Notes: a model not told the origin generated them from the sequence alone. DNA of 64,000 nt from Octopus sinensis (GCF_006345805.1 NC_043002.1:86862001-86926000), one strand, 5' to 3'. Positions 27,401 through 40,506 are shown, counted from the first letter of the stretch. Numbers and translations: made by a program.

Positions 27401-29698
27401 TGCCATTATTGTTACAGTTCTTTTTTTTTTTTTTTTTACATACATGTATCAAAATAATTTTTGCTTGTTAATAGACCTGATTCTTAGAATTGGCAATTCT
27501 CACTTACCTAGGAAGACTGACAATTATGAAGATTTGGTAAAGCATTTACAACCTACATGGAAAGCTTAGTGAAACTTTTGTCACAATTTTAACCTTTTCA
27601 TGTCAAAATTTGCAGCTGCTACATACATCCCTATCACAGTCAGAGTAATGTGGAAAACTGCTGTGTTTACATTGGTTCAAATCTTGTTTAATATACACAT
27701 GACTCACACACCAACATTAAAACAAAAAAAAAAAGAAAAAAACTTTCGTTAATTATCTTATTGATGAAGAAAGTGATTGGGCAGAAGAGTAGCAGAAATG
27801 AAGAAGCAGCCTGCAAAATATTGCATTGGTACCATGGAAATGAATTGTAACAGCAATCATTCTAATGAGTGGCGTTAATCTTGAAAAAACAGTTGTATTA
27901 ACAACTTGCTCAAGCATTACCGACTCTTTGTTTATCTTCTCCACTGCTTTTATTTGCCTAGATGTCTGCCTTCCTTCAAAACTGTTGATATTTATTTTTA
28001 CTTTTTTTTGCCTTTTATAGGTGCTCTTATTTGGTATTTTTAGTTTTGATTTTGATATGTCATTTTAGAGAAACTAGTTGGAAAGGAATCAGAATTAAAT
28101 TTCAGATTCACTGAATGCACATAAGGGCATGTGTGCATGAATTCTTCATGAAATTCTATCTTGGTTTTCAAGTGTGTATTTTTTTTTCTTGTAAAGTACC
28201 CTTTGTACTTGTGCTGTTTAGTTGAGTGTACATACATATATGTGTTTGTTTGAATTATTTCATCTAATAACTCTGTGCCAAAGGCCTTACTAGTTATTTG
28301 TACATTAAAGGTAAAGTTGTTTCATAACTTTTATTTTTAATCAGCTTTCATTGATGTATTTAAACCAAGAGCCTTTGTTTCGTTGCCCCTCTTTTCCAAC
28401 TCTTTTATTACATGCTAGCCACTGTATCTCCTCCCTATCATCTTGTATTTTGTAATTCTCTCTGTTCATGTTTGTCTACTAATTTTTTCAGTATTAAAAC
28501 TAGCTTCTCTCAGGGTATGAGACTTAAGAAATAAACTTTTCTTAATATGAGGCCAGCTCCCAGAACTAGTAGCTGTAGCCAGTATCTCTGGTAATGACAT
28601 GTGACATGACACACTCCCTGGCTTGGTCAAGGAAAACCGTGTCCAGCATCACTGCTGCACAATAACTGATAATGTGACCATTAGAACAGCAGCAAGTGAT
28701 TATGCTGACCATTAAAGTTAACATCCCAGTTGGAAATTTTCTGTCTTTATTCCATTTTTTTATTTTAGATTTTTATTTCTAAAAAATAAAAAGAATCAGT
28801 ATCAATAAAAATTGAAAATTTTCTGGGATAAAAAGCCTCTGTATTTTCTGTTATCAAGCACAAAATTAGATTATGATATGAATGTAAGCATATCTATCTT
28901 ACTGGATACTAATATAATTAAGCAATGAAATAAACAGTTATTTTTGCTGGTAATATATAGAAATAATTATCTGCACTATTACAGCAGAGCTTTTCATTGG
29001 TTCATCATTTTTTGTTTTGATGATAAAGCATAATTTTAATACAAGTTGTTGGAAAAGAGTCCATTTTATACCTATGAGATTAATAATTTGGATTCTTAAA
29101 TTTCAAGATAAAATCTATATTAAAATGCTCATCCATTCTTTTTGTGTGAAAAAGTTTAACCTTAATATCCAAGTTATTGCTGTTACTAATTCCTACACAA
29201 ATATCATGAGTGTAGTTGTGTTCTTACCAAAACAGAATTATATATTAAGTATACTTTTAAAAGTGCGTCTTTATTAGTAATCAGTTATTTATTTAGGTAG
29301 CTTAATAAATTTTATGGTAGTTAGATAATAATGGGGGTGCTATAAGTTTTGATCGCAGTTTCCTTGTGATTATTGTTGTGGTAGGCTGTCAGTTGTACTA
29401 ATAATAGCATGCAGGCCACCGGCACACTTATTAAAAATGTGTACAGTAACTTTTCCCTCTAATTTTTTTTTTTTTTTGTGGTGAAAGATTCTGTTAAAAA
29501 AAAAAAAGAAAAATTTAAAGCCCCACCCCATAAAAAAATATATATAAAAACAAATACAAACAAATGCTTGCATTTAGCCTAGGATGGAGATACTAGTTTC
29601 TGTTATTGTTTTTCTCATGCAGAATTCCTACGAACATTCCACATGGTTTCATAGCTTCTGTACTTAACTGTACACAAAATTCAAACACACACATACAC

Positions 29699-29735
<37 letters not shown>

Positions 29736-30600
29736 CATGATTGGGAAATATGCTTTAAAGAAAATTTTATTAAAAAAAAAAAAAAATCTGATTTCATCCA
29801 ACCATGATGTAAGAAGACTGCAGACTCTGAAATATGCATGTCTATTTACATTTAGGTAGTGAGTGTAAAATGCAAACTGTGATCTCTACTTAATGAAAAA
29901 GAAAAAAGTGGAATTCACATGATTGAAGTATAGAATTGCTGAATTTATGACACTAAAACCTAAAAAAGAAAAAAAAAATACCCAAAAAACACAAAAACAA
30001 AATTATAAAAAGATGTTTTTGATGTGTGTATGTATATATAAAACAGTTATATATGCATATACATTTAAAAATGTTTGTAGTTACAATAATCATATTTTAC
30101 AGAGATCTACCCAAAACGGAATAAAACTGTTTATCTTCACTAGTGCTGCGTCTGTCCTGGAATCTTCTGAGGTTTTTCATTTTCAGTGTTTACAATATTT
30201 GTCAAAGGATTCCTTTGTATTTGTCAAGCCTCCCCCAAGAAGTTAACATTTTTATTTCCTCTTGTTACAGTTATTCCAAAATAGAGGTTAAAGTAGAAAC
30301 TCTTCTATATTTTTCTTAAGAAGTTCATTGTAAATAAGTGTGGCTGTTTATTCAGTCATTTGTTTCTTATCCATTTTATGGATAAGAAATGAATGCATAT
30401 TATTGAGGCATTCTCTTTATAGCCAGATTCCCTTTGTTACTAACCTTTACATGTTTTTCAAATAATGGATTTTTCATTCCATTCATCTTCAGTAGTGCAG
30501 AGCTAGAGGACAATTTGTTGACAGAATTGTCAATAAACGTTTAGTCTCCCTTGACCTCAAGTGGCCTGAACTATTTACATGAACACCACCCTGTACATAA
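24448..30600 (+). other. Repeat-free segment: probable long PPM1 3' UTR and/or alternative last exons
   Basis: No recognisable SINE or MITE over about 6 kb, many T-runs and AATAAA (e.g. 25201); true cleavage site not determinable. Confidence 0.4.
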
Positions 30601-30680
30601 CTCCATGTCCCCCTACATGGCCTTGCTTTTTGAGCCAAAAAAATTAACTCACTAACTAACATATATATATATATATATAT

Positions 30681-30945
30681 GAGAAGGCACATGGCTCAAT
30701 AGTTAGAGCATCATGTTTGATGAGGTTAGGAGTTTGATTCCTGGACCAGGTTGTATATTGTGTTCTTACCCCAGTTCAATCAGTTGTAATGCTATTGGCA
30801 TTTCCCCTTGGACAACATCAGTAGCATGAAGAGGGGGTGATTGTTGGCTTCCACAAAAAACCTTGCCTGGACTTGTACCTCGGAAGGGAACTTTCTAGAT
30901 GCAATCCCTTGGTCATTCATGACTGAAGGGAATCTTTACCCATTA
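30681..30945 (+). mobile_element. Another tRNA-derived SINE (family E)
   Basis: A box TGGCTCAATAGTT, B-box-like GGAGTTTGATTCC, unique body; single copy in window. Confidence 0.55.
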
Positions 30946-32764
30946 CCCTATATATAATATGTATATATAATTACAGAAGTCCATATATGTATATATGACA
31001 GACTTCCATATAGTTTTTGCCTACCAGAATTCACTGACAAGATATTAGTTAGCCTTGGAATAGATTTGGAGACATTTATCCAAAATGCTGTGCAATGAGA
31101 CTGAAACCAAACTACTGAGCCACATCTGCTACTGTGTTGAGGATGTCAATTTTATAGCTTACATTTAAGTTATGAAGAAAGTGATGAATGTTACTGATAT
31201 TACAATAGAAACATTTTATTTATTCTAGCATAGTAGTTGGCAGTGTGAAGGAAGGAGGATAATTGCACGGAAAGTTATTGTATTTCTGAACCAGTTAACC
31301 CAGGCTAGTTTAATAAAACTAATATTTTATGTGAAATATTATCACTGTCAGCATGTAGGAATATTAGTGAAAAATTGATTTTAAAGTTAAGGATCTTAAG
31401 TTTATCAAAAGAGCAATATTCAGATGATTTTAAAATGTGGAAAATTCTTTCACTGAAACAGAATAGCAGTTAGGTGTTGAACTTAATGACTTTAATGTAC
31501 TTGTGGCCTCTTAAGGATTAAAGCAACTTTACAAGGATCAAAGTGGTGAGTAGAGAATCATTGCATATTATTTGTTGGTTGGTTAACATCCAAGTACAGA
31601 TATTATAAAGCAGTTATGCAAAGTGTTGTCAGCCATCATTATAATTGTATTAGACTATGAAATTACTTGTAAAGTTGGTAAAATGCAGTAGCATTCTAGG
31701 GACAAGATATATGGATCAACAATTTTTCTTTGGACTTGAATATTGTTTCTGTAACCCCAGTAAGGTGGAAATATTATTTGTATGAATGTAACATAGCTTC
31801 TAAATTCTTGCCCTGGACGGAATTTTGGTGCAATCCACTTGGCATCAAGGAACTTCTTGTATAATCTCTAGTAATATCTTGTGTTCTGAAATTGACACTT
31901 GAGCTGTCTGAATTACAAGACAAGATTTCTACCATTTGATATCTACCTTGCAGTTTCCAAGAGTAAAATTTAACATCCATTTTCCCATACTGATATTGGT
32001 TTGGGTGGAGATATAAGAGCATGAAATATCTAAAGATTGATGTATAGGCATATGCACACACACTTTTATAAGTTTCTTGCATTTTCTGTCTACCAGATTC
32101 TTTCATATAACTGGGGCTTTAATATGAAACACAAGTTGCTGCAAGGTGAGACTGAACCTGAAGCCACATAGTTGTAAAGTGAACTTAAAATACAGCAATA
32201 GTTGTGCTAAAGATAAACTAGCAATAGAGCATTGAAGTCAACTTGCAGTCAGGTGATACATTATACCTAGTCCAACTAAGAATATGAATTAATCAAGCAT
32301 TCTCTTATGTCTCTCAAGAAACTGAAGTCTAGCTTGGCTCCTCACTTGATCTCCAGTGGCAACCAAAGATAATGCTGCTGTAAAACTTAGTGGAGCAGCA
32401 AGCACATTCCAAGAAATAGATAAACGGCTGAGGTTTCTGTTCAAATAACCACATTTCTGTGATTAACATGGTCATTGAAGTTATTGATGATGCTCTTTTT
32501 AAATGTTCTTTTGTGTTTGTGCAGTAAGATTAATGATTTAAAAATAGTGTTGTTATATTTAGTCTAATGTGATTACATAATGAGTTGGAAATGCCTTACC
32601 CAAGTGGGACTAGTTAGACATTTCAGCTATAACCATCATGCATTTTAAGGGATAAGATTACATTATTCAATGTGTCATTTCTTTTTCTTTGTTGATTCAG
32701 TGATTTGAGGGAGATTTGGCTGCCATTTTGGCAAATTGGACAGCCATATAGATATTCATGTTAA

Positions 32765-32977
32765 CCCTTTCGTTACCGTATTTATTTTGAGATGCTCTGT
32801 GTTTCATTTAATTAATTTTAAATATAACAATTTAATAAAAGAATTTAGTTATTAAGCTAGTGTTGGAAACAAATTGTGACTAAGGTTTGGTGGAAGATTT
32901 TAATTCAATACTTATGAAAACAAGACATTTGTCCTACAGAGCCAGAGGCGGTTTTGGCTGGGTTGGTATCAAAAGGG
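32765..32977. mobile_element. piggyBac-like MITE
   Basis: TTAA|CCCTTTCGTTACC ... GGTATCAAAAGGG|TTAA; same family as 58738 and 63458. Confidence 0.85.
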
Positions 32978-33657
32978 TTAAATATGTTCAATAGTGCAAC
33001 AACTCCTTGAATCTCTAGATGTTTTAAGGGGTTAAGGTGCAGCAGTTGGCCTGATATCATTTTAGTTGAGAAGGTGCATATTTGTAATGGATTGATCATC
33101 CCAAATATGAGTATTGCTTAAGTATAAAGTTAATTCATGCTTTGTATAAAAGTATTATGTCTCTGAGAAGAAAATTAAGGCTTTTGTGACGAAGGTGTGG
33201 TTGTATGAAACAAATTATTAACTTTGATAGTAACTATCATCGTTTTAAGGATATGTTGCAGGTTGCTGCAAAATTTCATTGGAGGTTAAAATACTAAGAA
33301 CCTGTTTATTGCGGTTTTAGCTGAGGATTGTCCATGTGGTGTGAAACTGTAGTGCCTATGTTTTGATCTTGACTTATTTACTCAAGTCTATATTTTATGG
33401 TTTCAGGGTTATTGTACAAATTTGATAGTTACTATGAACAAGGCAAACCTCAGTACTGTAAAAGTGGAGTCAGCTGCATGGTGTGGTTTTAGTTGACAGC
33501 ATATACATGTTCTGTATAGAAAAAAGGTAGGGAAGTAATAGATATACCATTGGTAACAGCAAAGTTATTTTTCAACTGAAAAAATGAAGCCTCGTTCTCT
33601 AAACATAGAGTTCTAGTTTCCCCTATGCTATACAAACTTCTTCAAACTCATCAATTT

Positions 33658-34030
33658 CATCATCATCATCATCGTTTAATGTCCGCTTTCCATGCTAGCA
33701 TGGGTTGGACGATTTTGACTGAGGGCTGGCGAGCTAGATGGCTGCACCAGGCTCCAATCTTGATCTGGCAGAGTTTCTACAGCTGGATGCCCTTTCCTAA
33801 CACCAACAGCTCCGAGAGTGTAGTGGGTGCTTTTTACGTGCCACCAGCACGGGGGCCAGTCAGGCGGTACTGGCAATGACCTTGCTCGAATCTTTTTACA
33901 TGTGCCAGTGAAGCGACGGTAATGATCACGCTCAAATGGTGCCCTTGTACATGCCACAGGTACGGAAGCCAGTTGGCTGCTCTGGCAACGATCACACTTG
34001 GATGGTGCTCTTGGCACCCCGCTAGCACAG
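33658..34030 (-). mobile_element. SINE family B (V-domain-like GGAAGGGCATCC core, (GAT)n tail, internal minisatellite)
   Basis: (CAT)n-cgtttaatgtccgctttccatgctagcatgggttggacg...ctggatgccc; orientation inferred from tail. Confidence 0.85.
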
Positions 34031-34769
34031 ATGCCAGTCAGCAGACTACTACTAGTTTCCTCAGATTTTTCTCTATAATATGTAATACAGACAGGTCTGT
34101 GAAATTAAATAATGCTTGTTCCAAAAGTACTGCTAGGTTTATTTTAATATAGTTACAATAATCTATAAAAACTGCTAATTTACTAGAATATTGTGTGACA
34201 CTAACAATCTTTTCAGTGATTCATAAACTGACTAGTTGTCTCTTGATTGCAAATTCTACTTGTTCTTTCAAATCAAAAAAGATATGAAACATCCCATTTG
34301 TTAATCTTCTTAAATCTTGATTTCTAACATAGGCAGAAGGCTATACATTTTTAAGGGTAGTGTGTAGTCAATTATATTGGCCTAAATATTTGGTATCTGG
34401 AAAACTTTAAATTCAGGAAGTTAAAGCAAAGCATTTTCCCTGCCAATGCACCAACCTAGAATCCTTGAGTCTTGGAACTTTATAGTATTCAAATCTTTAA
34501 CTCCTTTGATACCATCCCCAATTCTATAATACAAAATTTTACGTTAATTTAAGTTCTAAATACCAACTTAATAAAATTATTTTCAAAATTCAAAACAGCT
34601 GAAAAAAAAACATGATGACAAAAGGATAAGATGTCTCTTTGTGCAAAGTGCCTGTATTCAATCAGTCAGTTTTCCATAATTATCATTAGTTCATTTCCCA
34701 AACTTTTTGATAACTACAGTAGCAAATAAAAATTAGAGTGATTTCAGTTATTATTAGGGTAACAAGCTG

Positions 34770-35133
34770 GCAAATTCCTTAGCATGTTTTCTTGAAATCA
34801 CTCAAAAATCAATGGAAATTGTAGTTGTGGTACCAGTGCCGGTGGTACGTAAAAGAACCATCCGAACATGGCCGTTGTCAGCGCCGCCCTGACTGGCCTC
34901 CGTGCCGGTGGCATGTAAAAAGCACCAACTGATTGTGGCCGTTGCCAGCCTCGCCTGGCACGTAAAAAGCACCCACTACACTCACGGAGTGGTTGGCATT
35001 AGGAAGGGCATCCAGCTGTAGAAACACTGCCAGATAAGACTGGGCCTGGTGCAGCCTCCTGGCTTCCCAAGCCCCAGTCGAACCGTCCAACCCATGCTAG
35101 CATGGAAAGCGGACGTTAAATGATGATGATGAT
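34770..35133 (+). mobile_element. SINE family B, opposite orientation
   Basis: ggttggcattaggaagggcatccagctgtagaaac...aacccatgctagcatggaaagcggacgttaaa(TGA)n. Confidence 0.85.
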
Positions 35134-35559
35134 TCATCGAAATTTTGAAGCTACCAGACATGCAATTCATTCAAAACTATGTGAATAAATAAGCATTACA
35201 TTTGACAGTAATCTGAATGCTAAAGAGTTAAATAATTAACAAAATGCTTTGTCTTCATGTGCTACTGTTTTCCTTACTAAGCTTTCCTAAGTTCCATTTT
35301 GAATCACTGACTTTAAGAGCCTTCATCAATCCCCAAATCATGTATTCAGTAAAATGAAACAATTTCTGGATTTGGTTGAGTGAATTGAAAAGAGTTGATG
35401 TAATCATGAAACTGCACTGGTAATAAATAGATTCATAAAATCAATTTGTGATCAGTGATGTGATAACCCATCTTAAGATATGAAGATGCTGCGTAATAGT
35501 TGTAAAGTCTACATTCTAAGAAACCGAAGGGAGATAATTTGCCTTATATTACATTTGAC

Positions 35560-35968
35560 GGATCTTTTTAGTTTGAACGGCAGTTTTTTTTAGCGATGTC
35601 ATGAAATTGTCACCCATAATTATGATCCTAGTATCGATCTATTGCATTTCAATCTATTTTAGGGTTAGGGGTGGGGGGAAGGGTATCTTTTTTTCTTCAC
35701 AAATGTAAATAAACCCAATGTGTTTCTTAAACGAGGGACATATTCATACGGCACAGAATGCTTTTTACCTGAATAGACGTAATTGATTGGTTGAAATTGC
35801 AGAAATTGAAGAAAAAAAACAACAAATATCTTACAAGCTATAGAATTTTCTCAAGAAAGCCAAGAGAAAAAGATGTTTTATAAACACATTCTACAAGTAT
35901 ACGAAGTTTAAAATTTTTTAGTTACCTAGAAATTATGTTAAAAACTGTCGTTCAAACCAAAAAGATCC
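35560..35968. mobile_element. 409-bp MITE with 29-bp TIRs and 8-bp TSD (Merlin-like termini)
   Basis: TIRs GGATCTTTTTAGTTTGAACGGCAGTTTTT / AAAAACTGTCGTTCAAACCAAAAAGATCC (27/29); TSD CATTTGAC at 35552-35559 and 35969-35976. Confidence 0.85.
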
Positions 35969-36106
35969 CATTTGACATTAATCTGAATGCTAAAGGGTTA
36001 AATAATTAAAGTCTTTTGTTATGTATTACTGTTCTCCTTACTATGCTTCCCTAAGTTCCATAACCTTTTGAATCACTGACTCTAAGAGCCTTCATCAATC
36101 TCCAAA

Positions 36107-36990
36107 TCAGATATGCAGCAAAATGAAACTGATTTCTAAGTTTAGTTGAGTGAATTGAAAAAAGTTATCCAAATTCTGGGAGAAGTGGTAGTCAATGGAG
36201 GCAAGATCAGGTGAGTATGGTGGATGATGGAGAACTTCCAGCTCTGACTTTTGTAGTCTCACCAATGTCATTTTTGCAATGTGTGGTCTAGCGTTGTCTT
36301 GCAATAAAATAGGAGTGGATCTGTTGACTAATCCTGGCTGTTTTTTTTAAGTTTCTGCATCATTTGCTCCAGTTGGCTGCAGTATACTTTGGCCATGACT
36401 GATGAGTCAAGTTTAATGAAATCATAATGGGTCACACCTGTGCCAGACCAAACACACACCATCAGCTTCTTTTGATGAATTTTGCTTTTTGGACTATGTT
36501 TTGGTGGCTCATCTTTGTCCAACCATTTACGGTTGTTGTATTGGATCTATTTCTCATCACCTGTTACAATTTGATTAAAAAATGATTCATTTTTGTGACG
36601 AGAAAGTAGCAGAATGCAGGCTTCCAAATTTCGCTGTTTCTGATTTTCATTGAGTTCATGTGGAACCCACTTATCCAACTTTTTCACTTTATCAATTTGA
36701 ACTAGGTGAGTCAATTGTGTTTGCTTGCTAACACCAGACAACAAAAATAATTCATGGGCACTTTGAGATGGATCTGACTCAATGGTGGCTTTCAGTTCGT
36801 CATTATCCACCTTTATTTCTGGTCGCCTGCATTGTTCACTTGTGAGGTCAAAATTACCAGAACGAAATTTTGAAAACCAATTTGATACTGTCTGCTGTAT
36901 ATTAATACATTGGAATGAAATACTCCATTAATATTCCGAGCTGTCTGTGATGCTGTATTTCCAAGAAATTTCCGATTTGTCCATCTTTAA
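36107..36990 (-). pseudogene. Mariner (DD34D) transposase remnant, frameshifted
   Basis: Three ORF pieces carry WVPHEL, IVTGDEK, KLMVCVW, QDNARPH and PPYSPDL motifs. Confidence 0.9.
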
Positions 36991-37129
36991 ACAAAAATAG
37001 CAAGAAACGATTTATAAAGTGCAAAATGAGTTAGAATAAAGAAATAGATGTGTCAGCTTTCTAACAAAATGGCGCAAAATGAGCATCTGTCAAAGTTTAC
37101 CATATACCTTACTACAAATTTTTTTCAGC

Positions 37130-37350
37130 CTGGTACTTACTCCTTCGCTTTTGCTGAACTAAGTTACAGGGATGTAAACAAAACAACAGTGGTGGAGGAC
37201 AGACCCAAACACACACACACATAACTATACATATAAACATATATAATGAGATATTTTTCAGTTTCTGTCTACCAAATCCACTCAAAAGCTTTGGTCTACA
37301 TGGGGCTAAGGTAGAAGAAACTCGCCCAAGGTACCATGCAGTTGGGAAAC
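37130..37350 (-). mobile_element. SINE family A, degenerate
   Basis: ttgctgaactaagttacagggatgtaaac ... gtttctgtctaccaaatccactca. Confidence 0.7.
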
Positions 37351-37619
37351 AAGCTGATAAAATTTAGTAGCAGACTAGATATATCTTGTCTGTTGAAAAT
37401 CCATAATTTTGCAACTGAAGATGGCATTATATTTAAATTGATGCAATGCATGCATTGTTCGATTAAATGGAGCTGCCTGAAACAGTTGTATTACATTAAT
37501 ACCTGGCATCCTGTTACTTATTTGATCTATCTATCATTGGTTACTCTATGATCAGACATATATTTAACTGCATGTAAAATATATATATATACACACACAT
37601 CCACAAACATGTATATGTA

Positions 37620-37985
37620 CAATGGGTCATCCCATAAATAATGTAGGTTTTTTTATACTTCTATTATTTTTCAAAATTAAGATAAAGCTCTTTTTCAATC
37701 TAAAATATACTCTCTTTCATTTTCTACAATGCTCTTCCATCCACTTGACTGTGACGAAAAATACTCCTCCAGTATTGACCTCATCTACAGAATTCATATT
37801 TTTCCCATCCAAATGATTTTGAAGACTGTGGAATAAATGATAATCAGATAGGGCAATGTCCAGTGAATATGGTGGGTGGGGCATCGTTTCCCATTCACAC
37901 TGCTCCAGCCTTTGGAATGTCATCCTTGATGTATGTGGCCGAGCATTATCCTGATGGAAGAACACCTTTCATCTTGAAACCAAAG
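37620..37985 (-). pseudogene. Second mariner remnant (3' part with right terminus)
   Basis: HQDNARPH...HPPYSLDIALSDYHLFHSLQNHL; terminus TA|CAATGGGTCATCCCATAAATAATG. Confidence 0.85.
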
Positions 37986-38084
37986 ACTAAGCCTTTCATA
38001 TCCTACCAAACAGATAACATCTTATGTGAATGAAGACCTTCTTTAGCCTGAGATGCTGGTATTTCTCCTTTCCCAGCCCATTGC

Positions 38085-38891
38085 TTTTGGGGCTTGACAT
38101 TTTTACAGAGAACCCAGAGGCTACACCAGGCTCCAATCTAATCTGGCAATGTTTCTATAGCTGGATGCCCTTCCTAACGCCAACCACTTCGAGAGTGTAG
38201 TGGGTGCTTTTTACATGCCATCAGCACAGGAGCCAGTCTATCATGTTCGGTTAGTTCTTTTTATGTTCCACTGGCAAAGGGGCCAGTCATGGGGTACTGG
38301 CATTGGCCACGTTCAGATGGTGCTGTTTATGTGCCACCAGCACAGGGCCCAGTCAGGCAGTCCTAGCATCGATCCTGTTCAGATAGTGTTTTTTATGTAC
38401 CACCAGCACAGGAGCCAGTCAGCGGGTACTGGCATCGGCCACGTTCGAATACTGCTTTTTACATGCCACCAGCATGGAAGCCAATCAGTGGGTACTGCTA
38501 TCAGCCACGTTCAGATGGTCCTTCTTACATGCCACCGACATGGGAGCCAGTCAGCTGGTATTGGCATCAGCCACATTCAGATGTTGCTTTTAATGTGCCA
38601 CCAGCACGGGGGCTAGTCAGGCAGTCCTGGCATTGATCCTATTCGGATAGTGCTTTTTATGTGCCACCAGCACAAGAACCAGTCAGGGGGCACTGGCCAC
38701 AGCTATGATTTTGGTTTTACTTGACTCAACAGGTCTTCTCAAGCATATCATATTGCCTGATGCATCAGGGGTACTCTTAACTGGGCTGGACATGCAACAT
38801 TGGCATCGACCATGGCTGCGATCTCACTTTAGTTGCCAGGTCTTCTCAATCACAACATATCTCCAAAGGTTTCAGTCTCCTGTCATTGCCT
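38085..38891 (-). mobile_element. SINE family B with expanded 66-bp minisatellite and extra 5' segment
   Basis: ctggatgcccttcctaacgccaacc core followed by 8 repeat units. Confidence 0.85.
38204..38700. repeat. 66-bp tandem minisatellite, ~8 units
   Basis: Unit starts near 38204, 38253, 38320, 38386, 38452, 38518, 38584, 38650; consensus gtgctttttatgtgccaccagcacaggagccagtcag..ggtactggcatcggccacgttcagat. Confidence 0.9.
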
Positions 38892-39026
38892 GAGTTCAAA
38901 TTCTGCTGAGGTCAAACTTGCCTTTCATCTTTTCGGGGTTGATAAGATAAGTACCAGTGGACTACTGGAGTCAGTATGATTGACTCACTCCCTCCCTGAA
39001 ATTGCTGGCCTAGTACCAAAATTTGA
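38891..39026 (+). mobile_element. SINE family C fragment
   Basis: tgagttcaaattctgctgaggtcaaacttgcctttcatcttttcggggttgataagataagtaccag. Confidence 0.8.
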
Positions 39027-39044
39027 CCCAGGGCAGTAGTACCT

Positions 39045-39068
39045 CCTGAAACTGAAAGAAGCCTGTTG

Positions 39069-39101
<33 letters not shown>

Positions 39102-39312
39102 CTTTGTGTCAGTTTTTGTTGCTCTTCATCGCTTGAGAACTGGTATTGGTGTGTTTACGTCCCTGTTTGGCAAAAGAGATCAATAGATCGACTACCAGAC
39201 TTAAACAAAAAAAAAAAATTAGTACTGAGGTTGATTAATTAGACTAAAAATTCAAGGTGGTGCTCCAGCATGGTCACAGTCTAATGATTAAAACAAGTAA
39301 AAGATAAAAGAT
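39045..39312 (+). mobile_element. SINE family A, 5'-truncated
   Basis: gaaactgaaagaagcc-(TA)(TG)n-...ggtgctccagcatgg...aacaagtaaaag. Confidence 0.8.
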
Positions 39313-40506
39313 GAATAATGTAATCTTCAGGTAATATCAGTGTGACAAAGCTGTATTGTTGAATTACAAGTGCAATTTGATGAGCTTCAGCACAGTTTCC
39401 AGATATGCAATTTCATTCACAAGACTTGTTTTGGCTTGAGGTGATGGTAAAAAACACTTGCCTAAGATGCCACCATACATAGCAGTACATTATTGCCAAG
39501 AAGATATCGGTAACACTTCCTTGTTGAGGATATATCCAGGGTTTCAGAAATTGTGGAAACATTCTCAAAAAGGTAACACTGATCCTTGATACTAACATGT
39601 ACCTAACTCTGGTAATAATCTGGTCTCTCCTAGACTATTATGTCTTAATATGACAGTCCAATTGTAGGAATTTGTAGGAAAATCAGGACAGGCAAACCAT
39701 GAAAGATTTCTATTATTTTGATAGGTAATGAGAATATAGGTTTAGTACTTCAAAAAAAACCAAGGAATTTTGGAAACTAAGCAAATTTTGTTTAAACAAC
39801 TTTAATGTTAAATAAGAGAGAAAGACTATTCAGTAAACAAGAGAAACTTATCTTTGCAAAATGGAAATTTTGTTCATATTTAATATGCCTTAGCAATAGA
39901 AACCCAGTTCTTATGGAGCATTTCAGGGCCTCCAAGATTGGTAGCAGGAAGGGAAGAAGTTAACTAAAACTGGAGAACTGGCTTGACTGCTTGCAAGAAA
40001 GTGGACTTTGCTAGAAGTATCCATAGTCTATGTGGTGGTGTGAAATTAAGTAAGGAAGTCCACAAGCCAGAAACAAAATTAGTACCCTGAGTGTGTAAGC
40101 GAAAACGGTATTGTAATCACTCGTCTTTGATATTTGTCTGTGTGTTTGCAAAATTACAGGAAAACAGCTGAATGGATTTTCACCAAATTTGGCAGAAATA
40201 CTCATTGGGTGAGTGGCTCCAAATGATGAAAATTTGATTTGATTCTCTTTAAACATACATGCAACTGTGTGCATGTGTACAGTGATGGATTCAAGGGTTT
40301 CGTTTATTTATGAGTTGATTTCTTAATTTCACCGGAGATTAAATATTTATAATGGTGATACTTACAAAAAAATAATAAATCTAACTTACAAATTTCCTGA
40401 TAACCAAGTTTAGTCAAACACTTACAAAGCTTAATTCAGTTCAATTAAAAAGCATGGGTAAGCAATGCATTGTAAGCCACACTATAATTTGTGAAAAAAT
40501 TTATCT

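Noticed and set aside
30103-30171. Possible phase 0-0 PPM1 exon RSTQNGIKLFIFTSAASVLESSE
   Set aside because: Short pyrimidine tract, weak donor, no homology, far downstream of better acceptors
38200-38616. 138-aa periodic His/Gln-rich ORF
   Set aside because: By-product of the 66-bp SINE minisatellite
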